Origin: an uncultured Akkermansia sp.
Lineage (GTDB): Bacteria; Verrucomicrobiota; Verrucomicrobiia; Limisphaerales; UBA9464
Direction of reading: 5' to 3'
NCBI GenBank assembly: GCA_964430505.1
Contig: CAYSGH010000010.1
Coordinates: forward strand, 13,959 to 77,958
DNA length: 64,000 nucleotides
How positions within the stretch are numbered: the first letter of the stretch is position 1; every line of letters begins with the position of its first letter. The notes beneath the pieces are model-generated. The model did no database searches. It saw only the letters and a program-made list of their open reading frames with translations, and was not told where the DNA came from. Shown in pieces: positions 40,661 through 48,582 of the stretch. The translations under genes were made by a program, and so were the position numbers.

Positions 40661-42181
40661 ATGGTCGCCAAGCAGTCCATCTTCATCAGCTCCGTCCAGA
40701 AGGACCTGGCCGCCGAGCGCCGGGCCCTGAAGGACTTCGTGCAGGGCGATCCCTTGCTCCGCCAATTCTTCGAGGTGTTCCTGTTCGAGGACTTGCCGGC
40801 CTCGGACCGCCGCGCCGACGAGGTCTATCTGGCCGAGGTGGACCGCTGCGCCCTCTACGTCGGCCTGTTGGGCAACGAATACGGCCGTGAGGACGCGGCC
40901 GGGATTTCGCCCACCGAACACGAGTTCAACCGGGCGACCGCCGCGGGCAAGCCCCGCTTCATCTACGTCCGGGGCACGGATGACTCCGCCCGCCATCCCA
41001 AGATGCGGGCGCTCGTGCGCCGGGCCGGGGACCAGCTCATCCGACGGCGTTTCAGCGGCATCGCTGAACTCAATGCTGCCGTTTACTCCAGCCTGGTGGA
41101 GCTGCTCGGCCACCGGGGAATGCTCCGCACGGTGCCGTTTGATGCAGCAGCCTGCCCCGGGGCCACGCTGGCCGACATGGTGCCTGACAAGGTTGGGGCG
41201 TTTCTGGCCCGGGCCGGCCACACGCGCGGCTACGCGCTGGCGCCCGGCACCCCCATGTCCGACGCCCTGACGCACCTGAACCTGCTCGACGGGGAGACGC
41301 CCAATCACGCCGCCCTGTTGCTGTTTGGCCGGGACCCGCAGCGCTGGCTCATTTCCTCGGCCGTGAAGTGCCTGCATTTTCACGGCGCCGAAGTGCGCAA
41401 GCCGATCCCCTCCCACCAGGTGTATCGCGGCACCGTGTTCGATCTCGTGGACCAGGCGGTGGACTTCGTGATGTCCAAGGTCGCCCGTTCGGTCGGCACC
41501 CGGGCCGCCTCCAATGCCGTCCCGGTCGCCTACGAACTGCCCCGCGAGGCGGTGGCCGAAGCCATCGTCAACGCCGTGGCCCACCGCGACTACGCCTCCA
41601 ACGCCTCCGTGCAGGTCATGCTGTTCGCCAACCGCCTGGAAGTGTGGAATCCCGGCGAACTGCCCGCCTCGCTGACCCCCGAGCGACTCACCCGTCCCCA
41701 TGCGTCCATTCCGCGGAATCCGCTGCTGGCCGGACCGCTGTTCCTCGCGGGCTACATCGAGCAGGCCGGCACCGGCACGCTCGACATGATTGCCCGCTGC
41801 CGCGACGCGGGACTACGGGCGCCGGAATTCCACCAGGATGGCGCCAGCTTCATCCAGACTCTCTGGAGACCGGCACCGGAAGTCAGCCCACAGGATACAG
41901 GGCAAGTCACGGGGCAAGTCACGGGGCAAGTCACGGGGCAAGTCAGCCGGGAAGTGGAGCGCCTGCTCCGCGTGTTGGACGGCGAGATGACGCGGTTGGA
42001 AATCCAGGAACGCCTCGACCTCAAAGGCCGGGCCAACTTCGAGGAACGCTATCTCCAGCCAGCGCTTCAGGGAGGCCACGTTGAACGCACCATTGCCGAC
42101 AAGCCCCAAAGCCGCCTCCAAAGATACCGCCTCACCGCCCAGGGCCGCGCCTGGCGGGTGAGCCAATCCAAGAGCACCTGA
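40661..42181 (+). CDS. DUF4062-like N-terminal domain fused to a RecG-like ATP-binding (HATPase_c_4) / winged-helix putative regulator
   Basis: N-terminal SIFISSVQKDLAAERRALKDFV...EVYLAEVDRCALYVGLLGNEYG (DUF4062-like). Middle AALLLFGRDPQRWL...KCLHFHG. EAIVNAVAHRDYASNASVQVMLFANRLEVWNPG...IEQAGTGTLDM (HATPase_c_4-like). (GQVT)x4 linker. C-terminal RLEIQERLDLKGRANFEERYLQPAL wHTH-like tail. Confidence 0.8.
   Translation: MVAKQSIFISSVQKDLAAERRALKDFVQGDPLLRQFFEVFLFEDLPASDRRADEVYLAEVDRCALYVGLLGNEYGREDAAGISPTEHEFNRATAAGKPRFIYVRGTDDSARHPKMRALVRRAGDQLIRRRFSGIAELNAAVYSSLVELLGHRGMLRTVPFDAAACPGATLADMVPDKVGAFLARAGHTRGYALAPGTPMSDALTHLNLLDGETPNHAALLLFGRDPQRWLISSAVKCLHFHGAEVRKPIPSHQVYRGTVFDLVDQAVDFVMSKVARSVGTRAASNAVPVAYELPREAVAEAIVNAVAHRDYASNASVQVMLFANRLEVWNPGELPASLTPERLTRPHASIPRNPLLAGPLFLAGYIEQAGTGTLDMIARCRDAGLRAPEFHQDGASFIQTLWRPAPEVSPQDTGQVTGQVTGQVTGQVSREVERLLRVLDGEMTRLEIQERLDLKGRANFEERYLQPALQGGHVERTIADKPQSRLQRYRLTAQGRAWRVSQSKST
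41900..41947 (+). repeat. In-frame 12-nt tandem repeat (gggcaagtcacg x4) encoding (GQVT)4
   Basis: Four consecutive units read directly from the sequence. The last unit is degenerate (gggcaagtcagc). Confidence 0.92.
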
Positions 42182-42188
42182 TTTCCTC

Positions 42189-42404
42189 ATGCCTTCCCAT
42201 CCCGAGCTTCTGCCGCGGACCAAGTCCGCCCTTGGCGCTGGCGACCGCCGGCTTCGGTGTGCCGTGACCTCAAGCATCGCGACGTCCCCGCAGAAGCTCG
42301 CCGCAGGGTTGCCGAGCCGCCGCCCGTTCCTCCTGCCCACACGGGACAAAAAGGTGGCAGCCGATTCCGAGTTTGAGCTGCTGACCTGGTTCCTCATTCT
42401 CTAG
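42189..42404 (+). pseudogene. 71-codon ORF whose last 47 codons are a diverged duplicate of the helicase C-terminus (relic or small helicase-tail protein)
   Basis: 42261-42401 aligns codon-for-codon with 40485-40625 (AVTSSIATSPQKLAAGLPSRRPFLLPTRDKKVAADSEFELLTWFLIL versus AVTSITATFQQKLAAGLQSGRQFILPTLEEQVAADSEFELLTWLVIL). By hand, 33 of 47 codons are identical. Confidence 0.5.
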
Positions 42405-42475
42405 CCATGAGACCCGCCGACATGAGCATGGGCTCCCAAGTCACTCACATCCCTACACACAAGCAGTAAGGTCTC

Positions 42476-45400
42476 ATGCCCGACCCAAACTTCCGACAAC
42501 AGCTTGCGGATGCTCTTTCCGACTTTGCCCGCGCGCCCTTGGCCGAGGCTTCGACCACGTTCTTCGGCAAGCTCGGCTACGGCAGCAAGCGGCGTCTCCA
42601 GTTTCCTTCGCTGACGGGGCTGCTCGCACAGTTCGACACGTCTGGCAGCGTGGCGGAAAAGCTGCCCAAGACTGGCTCCAAGAGCCCGGTCACCGTGGTG
42701 CAACTTACCAGTGAAGAAATCGCCGCAAACTCCGGTGGACAGTTGGCTTCGCTTGCCGGCAGCGGAGCCGACCTTCGCCAGATCGAGTCTTACCTCTTCC
42801 TCACGATTGCCCTGCCGGAATCGGACTACACCCGCACTCAACTGGCGGACTACGCCCGCGCCATTAATTCGCTGTTTCCCCAGCCGGTTCTCGTCCTGTT
42901 CCAGCACGGCGGGACAATCTCGTTGGCGATCACCTACCGGCGCACCAACAAGCGCGATGCTTCTCGGGATGTTATCGCCCGGAAGGTCACGCTCATCCGC
43001 GATATTGCCTGCGCTCAACCGCACTCCGGCCACCTTGCGATTCTCGAAGACTTCTCGCTTCCTGCACTATCCCGTGCCCGCCAACGCGACATCCGTAGTT
43101 TCGCCGACCTCGACGACGCCTGGCGCGAATCGCTTTCCACGCAGCTTCTCAATCGGGAGTTCTACCGCGAAATCGCCAACTGGTATTTCTGGGCGCGCGA
43201 ACACGCGATCTTTCCGAAGGACGCTCCGCTCGACGCCGACGGCAAGCCTTCGCTTCCGCTAATTCGACTGCTGACCCGCCTGATCTTCTGCTGGTTTCTG
43301 CGCGAGAAGTCGCTCCCCGGACTCGGCACGCTTATCCCGGCGGACTTGTTCGATTCGGCCTGCATCCGCCGTTTCCTGCGCGATTCCTCGCCGGAGGCCA
43401 CCACCTATTACACCGGCATCCTCCAGAATTTGTTTTTTGCGACTCTCAACGCCGAGATGGACGAGCCGGGCCGGCCGCAGAAGCGCCACTTTATCGGCGA
43501 AGGGGAGGAGGACGAGGCGGATGAGCACTTCAACGCCGCCGTCTGGCGCAACAAAAGGCTGCTGGCCAAGGATGCCGAAACGGAGGTTGAAACGCTCTTC
43601 CGACGCATTCCCTTCCTCAACGGCGGTCTCTTTGAATGCCTCGACGAACCCGTCTTCGACCAGAAGGGCAAGAAGACCGGCGAAAAACGCGTGGACGGTT
43701 TCTCAACCAAACCTTCCAAGCAGGCGAGGGTTCCCAATTTCCTCTTCTTTGGTCCCGACCAAACCGTGGACCTGTCCGGCACCTACGGCGACAGCTCGCG
43801 GCGGCAGGAAACCGTCAGGCCATTGCTGGAGATCTTTCGCGGCTACAAATTCACCCTCACCGAAAACACGCCCATCGAGGAAGAAGTCGCGCTGGACCCT
43901 GAGTTGCTTGGCCACGTTTTCGAGAACCTCCTCGCCGCCTTCAATCCCGAGACCGGAACCATCGCCCGAAAGGCCACCGGTTCCTTCTACACGCCGCGAG
44001 TCGTGGTGGACTGGATGGTGGACGAAGCCCTTGTCGCCTACCTCACCGGGCGCGTTCCCGCTGCGACCGAAGCGCAAGTTCGCGACCTGCTTTCATGGGA
44101 ACGCGACACGCATGAGATCCCTCCCGAGACCGTTTCTTCCCTGGTTGACGCAGTGGACTCGCTCAAGTCGCTCGACCCCGCGTGTGGTTCGGGTGCTTTC
44201 CCAATGGGACTGCTGCAAAAGCTGGTTCACCTCCTCCGCAAGCTTGACCCCAACAACAAACAATGGCGTGCGCGGCAACAGGCTGCGGTCGAGGCGATGG
44301 ATAGTTCCACCGCGAGGGAGGTGGCGTTCGCCGCCTTGGAAAAGGCGTTCGCCCACGACGAGGACGACTATGGTCGCAAGCTCTACCTCATCGAGAACTG
44401 CCTCTACGGCGTGGACATCCAACCCATCGCCGTCCAGATAGCGAAGCTGCGGTTCTTCATCGCCCTCGTTGTCGAGCAAACCATCGCGCCTGACCGGTTC
44501 AACTACGGCATCCTTCCGCTGCCCAACCTCGAAACGAAGATTGTCGCAGCCAACACACTCCTGGGGCTGCGGCGCGGCCAGCTCATGCTGGGATCGAATG
44601 AAGTCCGCTCCCTTGAGGGACAGCTTCAACGTGTGCGCCATGACTACTTCACCGCACGTCGCTACACGGACAAGAAGGCGCTGCGAACGCGTGATCGTGA
44701 ACTCTGCCGCAAATTGGCCACGGCGCTGGCCAGCAGCGGCGAATGCTCGCCTGCCGACGCACAGCGCCTGGCCGACTGGAATCCCTATGACACCAACCGC
44801 GAGGCTCCGTTCTTCGACCCGGGCTGGATGTTCGGCCTTGCGGTCGGCCGACAGCGCCCCAGCGCGGCGACACTGCGCGGCAACCTGGCCGCCATCGTCA
44901 ACCGGACGGCGGGGCAGATGGAGTTGGGCGCTGCGCCTCCGCCCGATCCGGGCTTCGACATCATCCTGGGCAACCCGCCTTATGTCCGTCAGGAGGAGCT
45001 GAAAAACGTGAGCGTAACAGACAGCGCTGGCCGCCCGCGCCCGCTCAAGGAGGTGCTCAAGGAGCAATACGAATGCTTCACCGGCACCGCCGACCTCTAC
45101 GTCTATTTCATCGAGCGCTCCCTCCAGCTCCTCCGCATCGGCGGCGTCCTCAGCTTCATCACCAGCAACAAGTACTTCCGCGCCGCCTATGGCGAACGCC
45201 TTCGCGCCTACCTCCTCTACGCAACCCGCCCGCGCGTGCTCCTCGATTTCGGCGACGCCCCGCTCTTCACCGCCATCGCCTATCCCTGCATCCTCGTGGT
45301 GCAAAAGACCCGCGCCTTGGAAAAGGGCGGGCTGCCTCCAACGGATAAATTCCAAAACGAGACGACCTTCCGCCAGCTCATCTCAGACGAGGCGGCGGCC

Positions 45401-46588
45401 TCGAAGATCCGAGTCTTCCCGTGGACGCCAGGCCCGCCACTCCGCGACTTCCCGGCGATCTTTGAAGAGAAAAGTTTCAATCTCGAACAACGCGAGCTGA
45501 AACCCGGTGGGTGGAAGTTCCAATCGGATGCAAACCGAAGTGTTCGGCGACGAATGGAGCAGGGATCGAACCCCCTCGGCAAATTTACGGGCGATTTAGT
45601 GATTAATGGGGTTAAGTCAGGCGGCAAAGACGCATTCGTGCTTTCTACTAAGGAACGGGATGCCCTGCTAAAGCTTGAGCCGCAGGCCGGGCGCATCGTC
45701 CGTCGCCTGCTCAAGGGCAGAGACATTAAGCGATGGTGCGTAACTGAGGAAGATCGGTGGCTAATTTACATGCCTTGGCATTTTCCATTGAACGATGACG
45801 CGACAATTACCCGCGCCAGCAAGAAGGCAGAAGATGAGTTCAAAGCAAAGTATCCGGCGACCTATGCTCATCTTGCGCAGTTCAAGGATATGTTGTCGGC
45901 GCGAGACCAAGCGGAGACTGGAATTCGCTATGAGTGGTATTGCTTAGCCCGACCGCGGCCGGAAGCTGAGCCGTTCTTCTCAAAGCCTAAAATTGCTTTC
46001 CCAGATATCGCTGCTGCGCCGTGCTTCGCTTGGGATGAGGGTGACCACGCTATTGAAAACACTGCATATTTGATCCCAGGCAATAAGTGGATTCTTGGCG
46101 TGCTGAACTCGCCGGCAGTATTTTGGTATTGCCTTCAAATCAGCAACACAATTCGTGGCGGCTACGTTCGCTTCATTCGCCAGTATGTGGAACAAATTCC
46201 CATTCCAACAGCAAGCGCCGAGGAACAACAGTGGTGCGAGCGATTGGCGGAAGCGTTGATTTTCCTGCACCGCCCGGAAGTGGCCGCTGGGGCGGGGGCC
46301 GCGCCGGTGAGCCTGATGGCCGCGTGGTTCGAGCAGTGGCTGAACGGGCTGGTCTATGAGCTTTTCTTCCGCGCGGAGCTCCACGCTCGCCACCTCCGCC
46401 TCTTCGAGGAAACCGCCAAACCCACCAGCGCCCCGCCCGCCCTTGCCCCGCTACGCGACGACCCCGCGAAGCTCGCCGCTCTCCAAGCCTGCTTCGAGCG
46501 GACCTACGACGTCAACCACCCCCTCCGGGCCATGCTCTTCTCCCTCCGCTCCCTCGAACCCATCCGCATCATCGAAGGCGAGGCATGA
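42476..46588 (+). CDS. Large gamma-class N6-adenine DNA methyltransferase (Eco57I/PglX/DrmMI-like) with a C-terminal target-recognition region
   Basis: Motif I LDPACGSGAFPMGLL (about residue 566) precedes motif IV ILGNPPYVRQEE (about residue 831). Eco57I-type YVYFIERSLQLLRIGGVLSFITSNKYF. TaqI_C-like LKGRDIKRWCVTEEDRWLIYMPW. 1370 aa. Confidence 0.9.
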   Translation: MPDPNFRQQLADALSDFARAPLAEASTTFFGKLGYGSKRRLQFPSLTGLLAQFDTSGSVAEKLPKTGSKSPVTVVQLTSEEIAANSGGQLASLAGSGADLRQIESYLFLTIALPESDYTRTQLADYARAINSLFPQPVLVLFQHGGTISLAITYRRTNKRDASRDVIARKVTLIRDIACAQPHSGHLAILEDFSLPALSRARQRDIRSFADLDDAWRESLSTQLLNREFYREIANWYFWAREHAIFPKDAPLDADGKPSLPLIRLLTRLIFCWFLREKSLPGLGTLIPADLFDSACIRRFLRDSSPEATTYYTGILQNLFFATLNAEMDEPGRPQKRHFIGEGEEDEADEHFNAAVWRNKRLLAKDAETEVETLFRRIPFLNGGLFECLDEPVFDQKGKKTGEKRVDGFSTKPSKQARVPNFLFFGPDQTVDLSGTYGDSSRRQETVRPLLEIFRGYKFTLTENTPIEEEVALDPELLGHVFENLLAAFNPETGTIARKATGSFYTPRVVVDWMVDEALVAYLTGRVPAATEAQVRDLLSWERDTHEIPPETVSSLVDAVDSLKSLDPACGSGAFPMGLLQKLVHLLRKLDPNNKQWRARQQAAVEAMDSSTAREVAFAALEKAFAHDEDDYGRKLYLIENCLYGVDIQPIAVQIAKLRFFIALVVEQTIAPDRFNYGILPLPNLETKIVAANTLLGLRRGQLMLGSNEVRSLEGQLQRVRHDYFTARRYTDKKALRTRDRELCRKLATALASSGECSPADAQRLADWNPYDTNREAPFFDPGWMFGLAVGRQRPSAATLRGNLAAIVNRTAGQMELGAAPPPDPGFDIILGNPPYVRQEELKNVSVTDSAGRPRPLKEVLKEQYECFTGTADLYVYFIERSLQLLRIGGVLSFITSNKYFRAAYGERLRAYLLYATRPRVLLDFGDAPLFTAIAYPCILVVQKTRALEKGGLPPTDKFQNETTFRQLISDEAAASKIRVFPWTPGPPLRDFPAIFEEKSFNLEQRELKPGGWKFQSDANRSVRRRMEQGSNPLGKFTGDLVINGVKSGGKDAFVLSTKERDALLKLEPQAGRIVRRLLKGRDIKRWCVTEEDRWLIYMPWHFPLNDDATITRASKKAEDEFKAKYPATYAHLAQFKDMLSARDQAETGIRYEWYCLARPRPEAEPFFSKPKIAFPDIAAAPCFAWDEGDHAIENTAYLIPGNKWILGVLNSPAVFWYCLQISNTIRGGYVRFIRQYVEQIPIPTASAEEQQWCERLAEALIFLHRPEVAAGAGAAPVSLMAAWFEQWLNGLVYELFFRAELHARHLRLFEETAKPTSAPPALAPLRDDPAKLAALQACFERTYDVNHPLRAMLFSLRSLEPIRIIEGEA

Positions 46589-48582
46589 GAATTACGCGAA
46601 TCGTCCTAAACGACTTCCGGGGATTTCCGGGGCAGGCCAATTTCGAATTCCGGCTTGATGGCAGTAACCTACTGCTCTTCGGCGAAAATGGGAGCGGCAA
46701 ATCCTCGCTGTTCGTCGCGCTGCGCGAATTCTTCGACCTCAGAATGAATCCGGCACCTTTCGGCCGGTTTCGCAACGTTTTCACGCGTGATGCGACTGGC
46801 CAACCGCTGACTTGTGGAAGGGTCGGTGTGGAGTTCGACGACGGCACGGGGTTGCACACATGGGACATCGTGAACGATGTGCGACCGCACGCCGCGCAAC
46901 CGGTAGCCGATACCGCACTGCGCTTTGGAGCGGTTGATTACCGCGCGATGCTGAAGACGAACTTCGTCCATGAAAGCGGCTATCCGAACCTATTCGACTT
47001 GCTGGTGAACGGGGTCCTGAACCGGATGCCCGTGTTGGTGGCAGGCGGTGCTCAAACCACATTGGGAGATCTCGATGCGCGGATGAGGGCCGCGAAGCCT
47101 GAACGGCATTACCCTAGTCAACTTGCCAAAGTCGATGCCGCATGTCTTGCGCTCAACCAAGCGCTGCAAAATCACCTCCCGCAGGTCGTCGCCACAGCGA
47201 ACCAGATTCTCTCTGTGTTTGGAAACATCGGAGTCACGTTTCAGCTCATTCCTCCACCACTCCCGGTGAACCCACCGCAGGATCCCGCTCCAGCCAATCC
47301 ACCCCACCTTCGCTACGATCGGGCAGCCCGGAACTTCAAGAACATGAAGATTGACTTCGTGGCGCAACTCAATGGCCATGGCCCTGACGAGCCTCAGCAC
47401 TTTCTCAACGAGGCGCGACTGTCCGCAATTGCGATCTCGATCTATCTGGCGGCGCTGCGGGCAAGCATGCCTCCCAATCCCGTCGGCGCGAATCCGCCCG
47501 CGAAAGTCATGCTACTGGACGATGTTCTCATCGGCCTCGACATGTCGAATCGCCAACCGATCCTCGACGTTCTTACCCGAGTTGATCGCCCGAATGCACC
47601 GGGATTCGCTGATTGGCAGGTGCTCCTGCTTACCCACGATCAGGGATGGTATTCACTTGCTCGCAGGCGACTCAGGAACTGGCGCGCGGTGCGCCTCGCA
47701 TCAGGCCACAGTGGAACCTACGACGTGCCGATCCTCTATGACGACACGTCTCTAATTGAACGTGCTGTGCATCATCTTAACGTCTCCGGCGATGAACGCG
47801 CCGCAGGAGTGTATCTGCGAACCGCGTTTGAGGAGATGATTAAGTCGTTTTGCGCCCGGACGCGAACCCCAGTCGCTTACCACCGGGCTGATGAGCACCC
47901 GAAGTCGACCAATGTATTCTGGCAACCGATCTGCGCCGTCAAGGTAGGACGCGTACTTTTGATCGATGCTGGATTGAAACGGGACGTGGAATCAGCCCGC
48001 AGCAATGTCGCCAACCCGTTGTGCCATTTCGGGAACAGTATGCCATTGTACAGCGAGACGGTGAGCGCGATTTCCATCCTGCGTCGGCTACAAATTCGAC
48101 TTGATTCGTATCCAGACAAAAATGCTGATCCGCCACAGCACCCTCGCACTGCGCTGGATTTGGCGCAGGAGGCCTGCGCGGCGGCGGCCAATTTTTCCCC
48201 TTGGACTGCCGCTGTCCACTTGAGATCGGCTTTCGACGATTCCGTTTCTAGGCTGGCAGCAAGGTGGAGCGTCCAAGTGACTTACTCCATCAACTTGTTG
48301 GACTTTGCGACACAGCGCCTTTGGAACCTGCTGCGGCAAGCTCCCAGCGGCCTAGCAACGACTCATGCAACACACGTTGCCGGCATACACGCGCACTCGG
48401 ATATTTTTCTTCAAGAGTTGGATCCAACCGCCATAGCTCGACGCAATCAGGGCTACTTCCAATCAGCTCTTTTAGCTTTGCTCCATTCGGGAACTCCTGT
48501 GCCCGGCCTTCCGTCTCCTGGCTTAAGTTCGGCAACGGCTGCGTCATCTTCGTCTACAACGTGGCTAGATGCTGTTCCGTAA
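46585..48582 (+). CDS. ABC-type (AAA_13/PrrC-RloC-like) ATPase with an unassigned C-terminal domain of about 300 aa
   Basis: The ATG overlaps the MTase stop (ATGA at 46585-46588). Walker A LFGENGSGKSSLF, signature-like FLNEARLSAIAISIYLAAL, Walker B/D-loop VMLLDDVLIGLDMSNR, H-loop VLLLTHDQGWY. The C-terminal half has YLRTAFEEM and NVANPLCHFGNS. Confidence 0.8.
   Translation: MRITRIVLNDFRGFPGQANFEFRLDGSNLLLFGENGSGKSSLFVALREFFDLRMNPAPFGRFRNVFTRDATGQPLTCGRVGVEFDDGTGLHTWDIVNDVRPHAAQPVADTALRFGAVDYRAMLKTNFVHESGYPNLFDLLVNGVLNRMPVLVAGGAQTTLGDLDARMRAAKPERHYPSQLAKVDAACLALNQALQNHLPQVVATANQILSVFGNIGVTFQLIPPPLPVNPPQDPAPANPPHLRYDRAARNFKNMKIDFVAQLNGHGPDEPQHFLNEARLSAIAISIYLAALRASMPPNPVGANPPAKVMLLDDVLIGLDMSNRQPILDVLTRVDRPNAPGFADWQVLLLTHDQGWYSLARRRLRNWRAVRLASGHSGTYDVPILYDDTSLIERAVHHLNVSGDERAAGVYLRTAFEEMIKSFCARTRTPVAYHRADEHPKSTNVFWQPICAVKVGRVLLIDAGLKRDVESARSNVANPLCHFGNSMPLYSETVSAISILRRLQIRLDSYPDKNADPPQHPRTALDLAQEACAAAANFSPWTAAVHLRSAFDDSVSRLAARWSVQVTYSINLLDFATQRLWNLLRQAPSGLATTHATHVAGIHAHSDIFLQELDPTAIARRNQGYFQSALLALLHSGTPVPGLPSPGLSSATAASSSSTTWLDAVP

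Noticed and set aside
42189-42260. Treating ORF 42189..42404 as a confident independent protein-coding gene.
   Set aside because: Its only recognisable content is the duplicated helicase tail. The N-terminal 24 codons have no support. It is reported as a relic/possible small ORF with low confidence instead.
37299-48582. Classifying the island as BREX, class 1 DISARM, or a standard type I/III RM system.
   Set aside because: No PglZ, BrxC or BrxL is present. No DrmA or DrmB/DUF1998 is present. There are no HsdS/HsdR or Res/Mod architectures in the window. Only a partial part-list overlap with DISARM exists, so I left it unclassified pending a DefenseFinder/PADLOC run.
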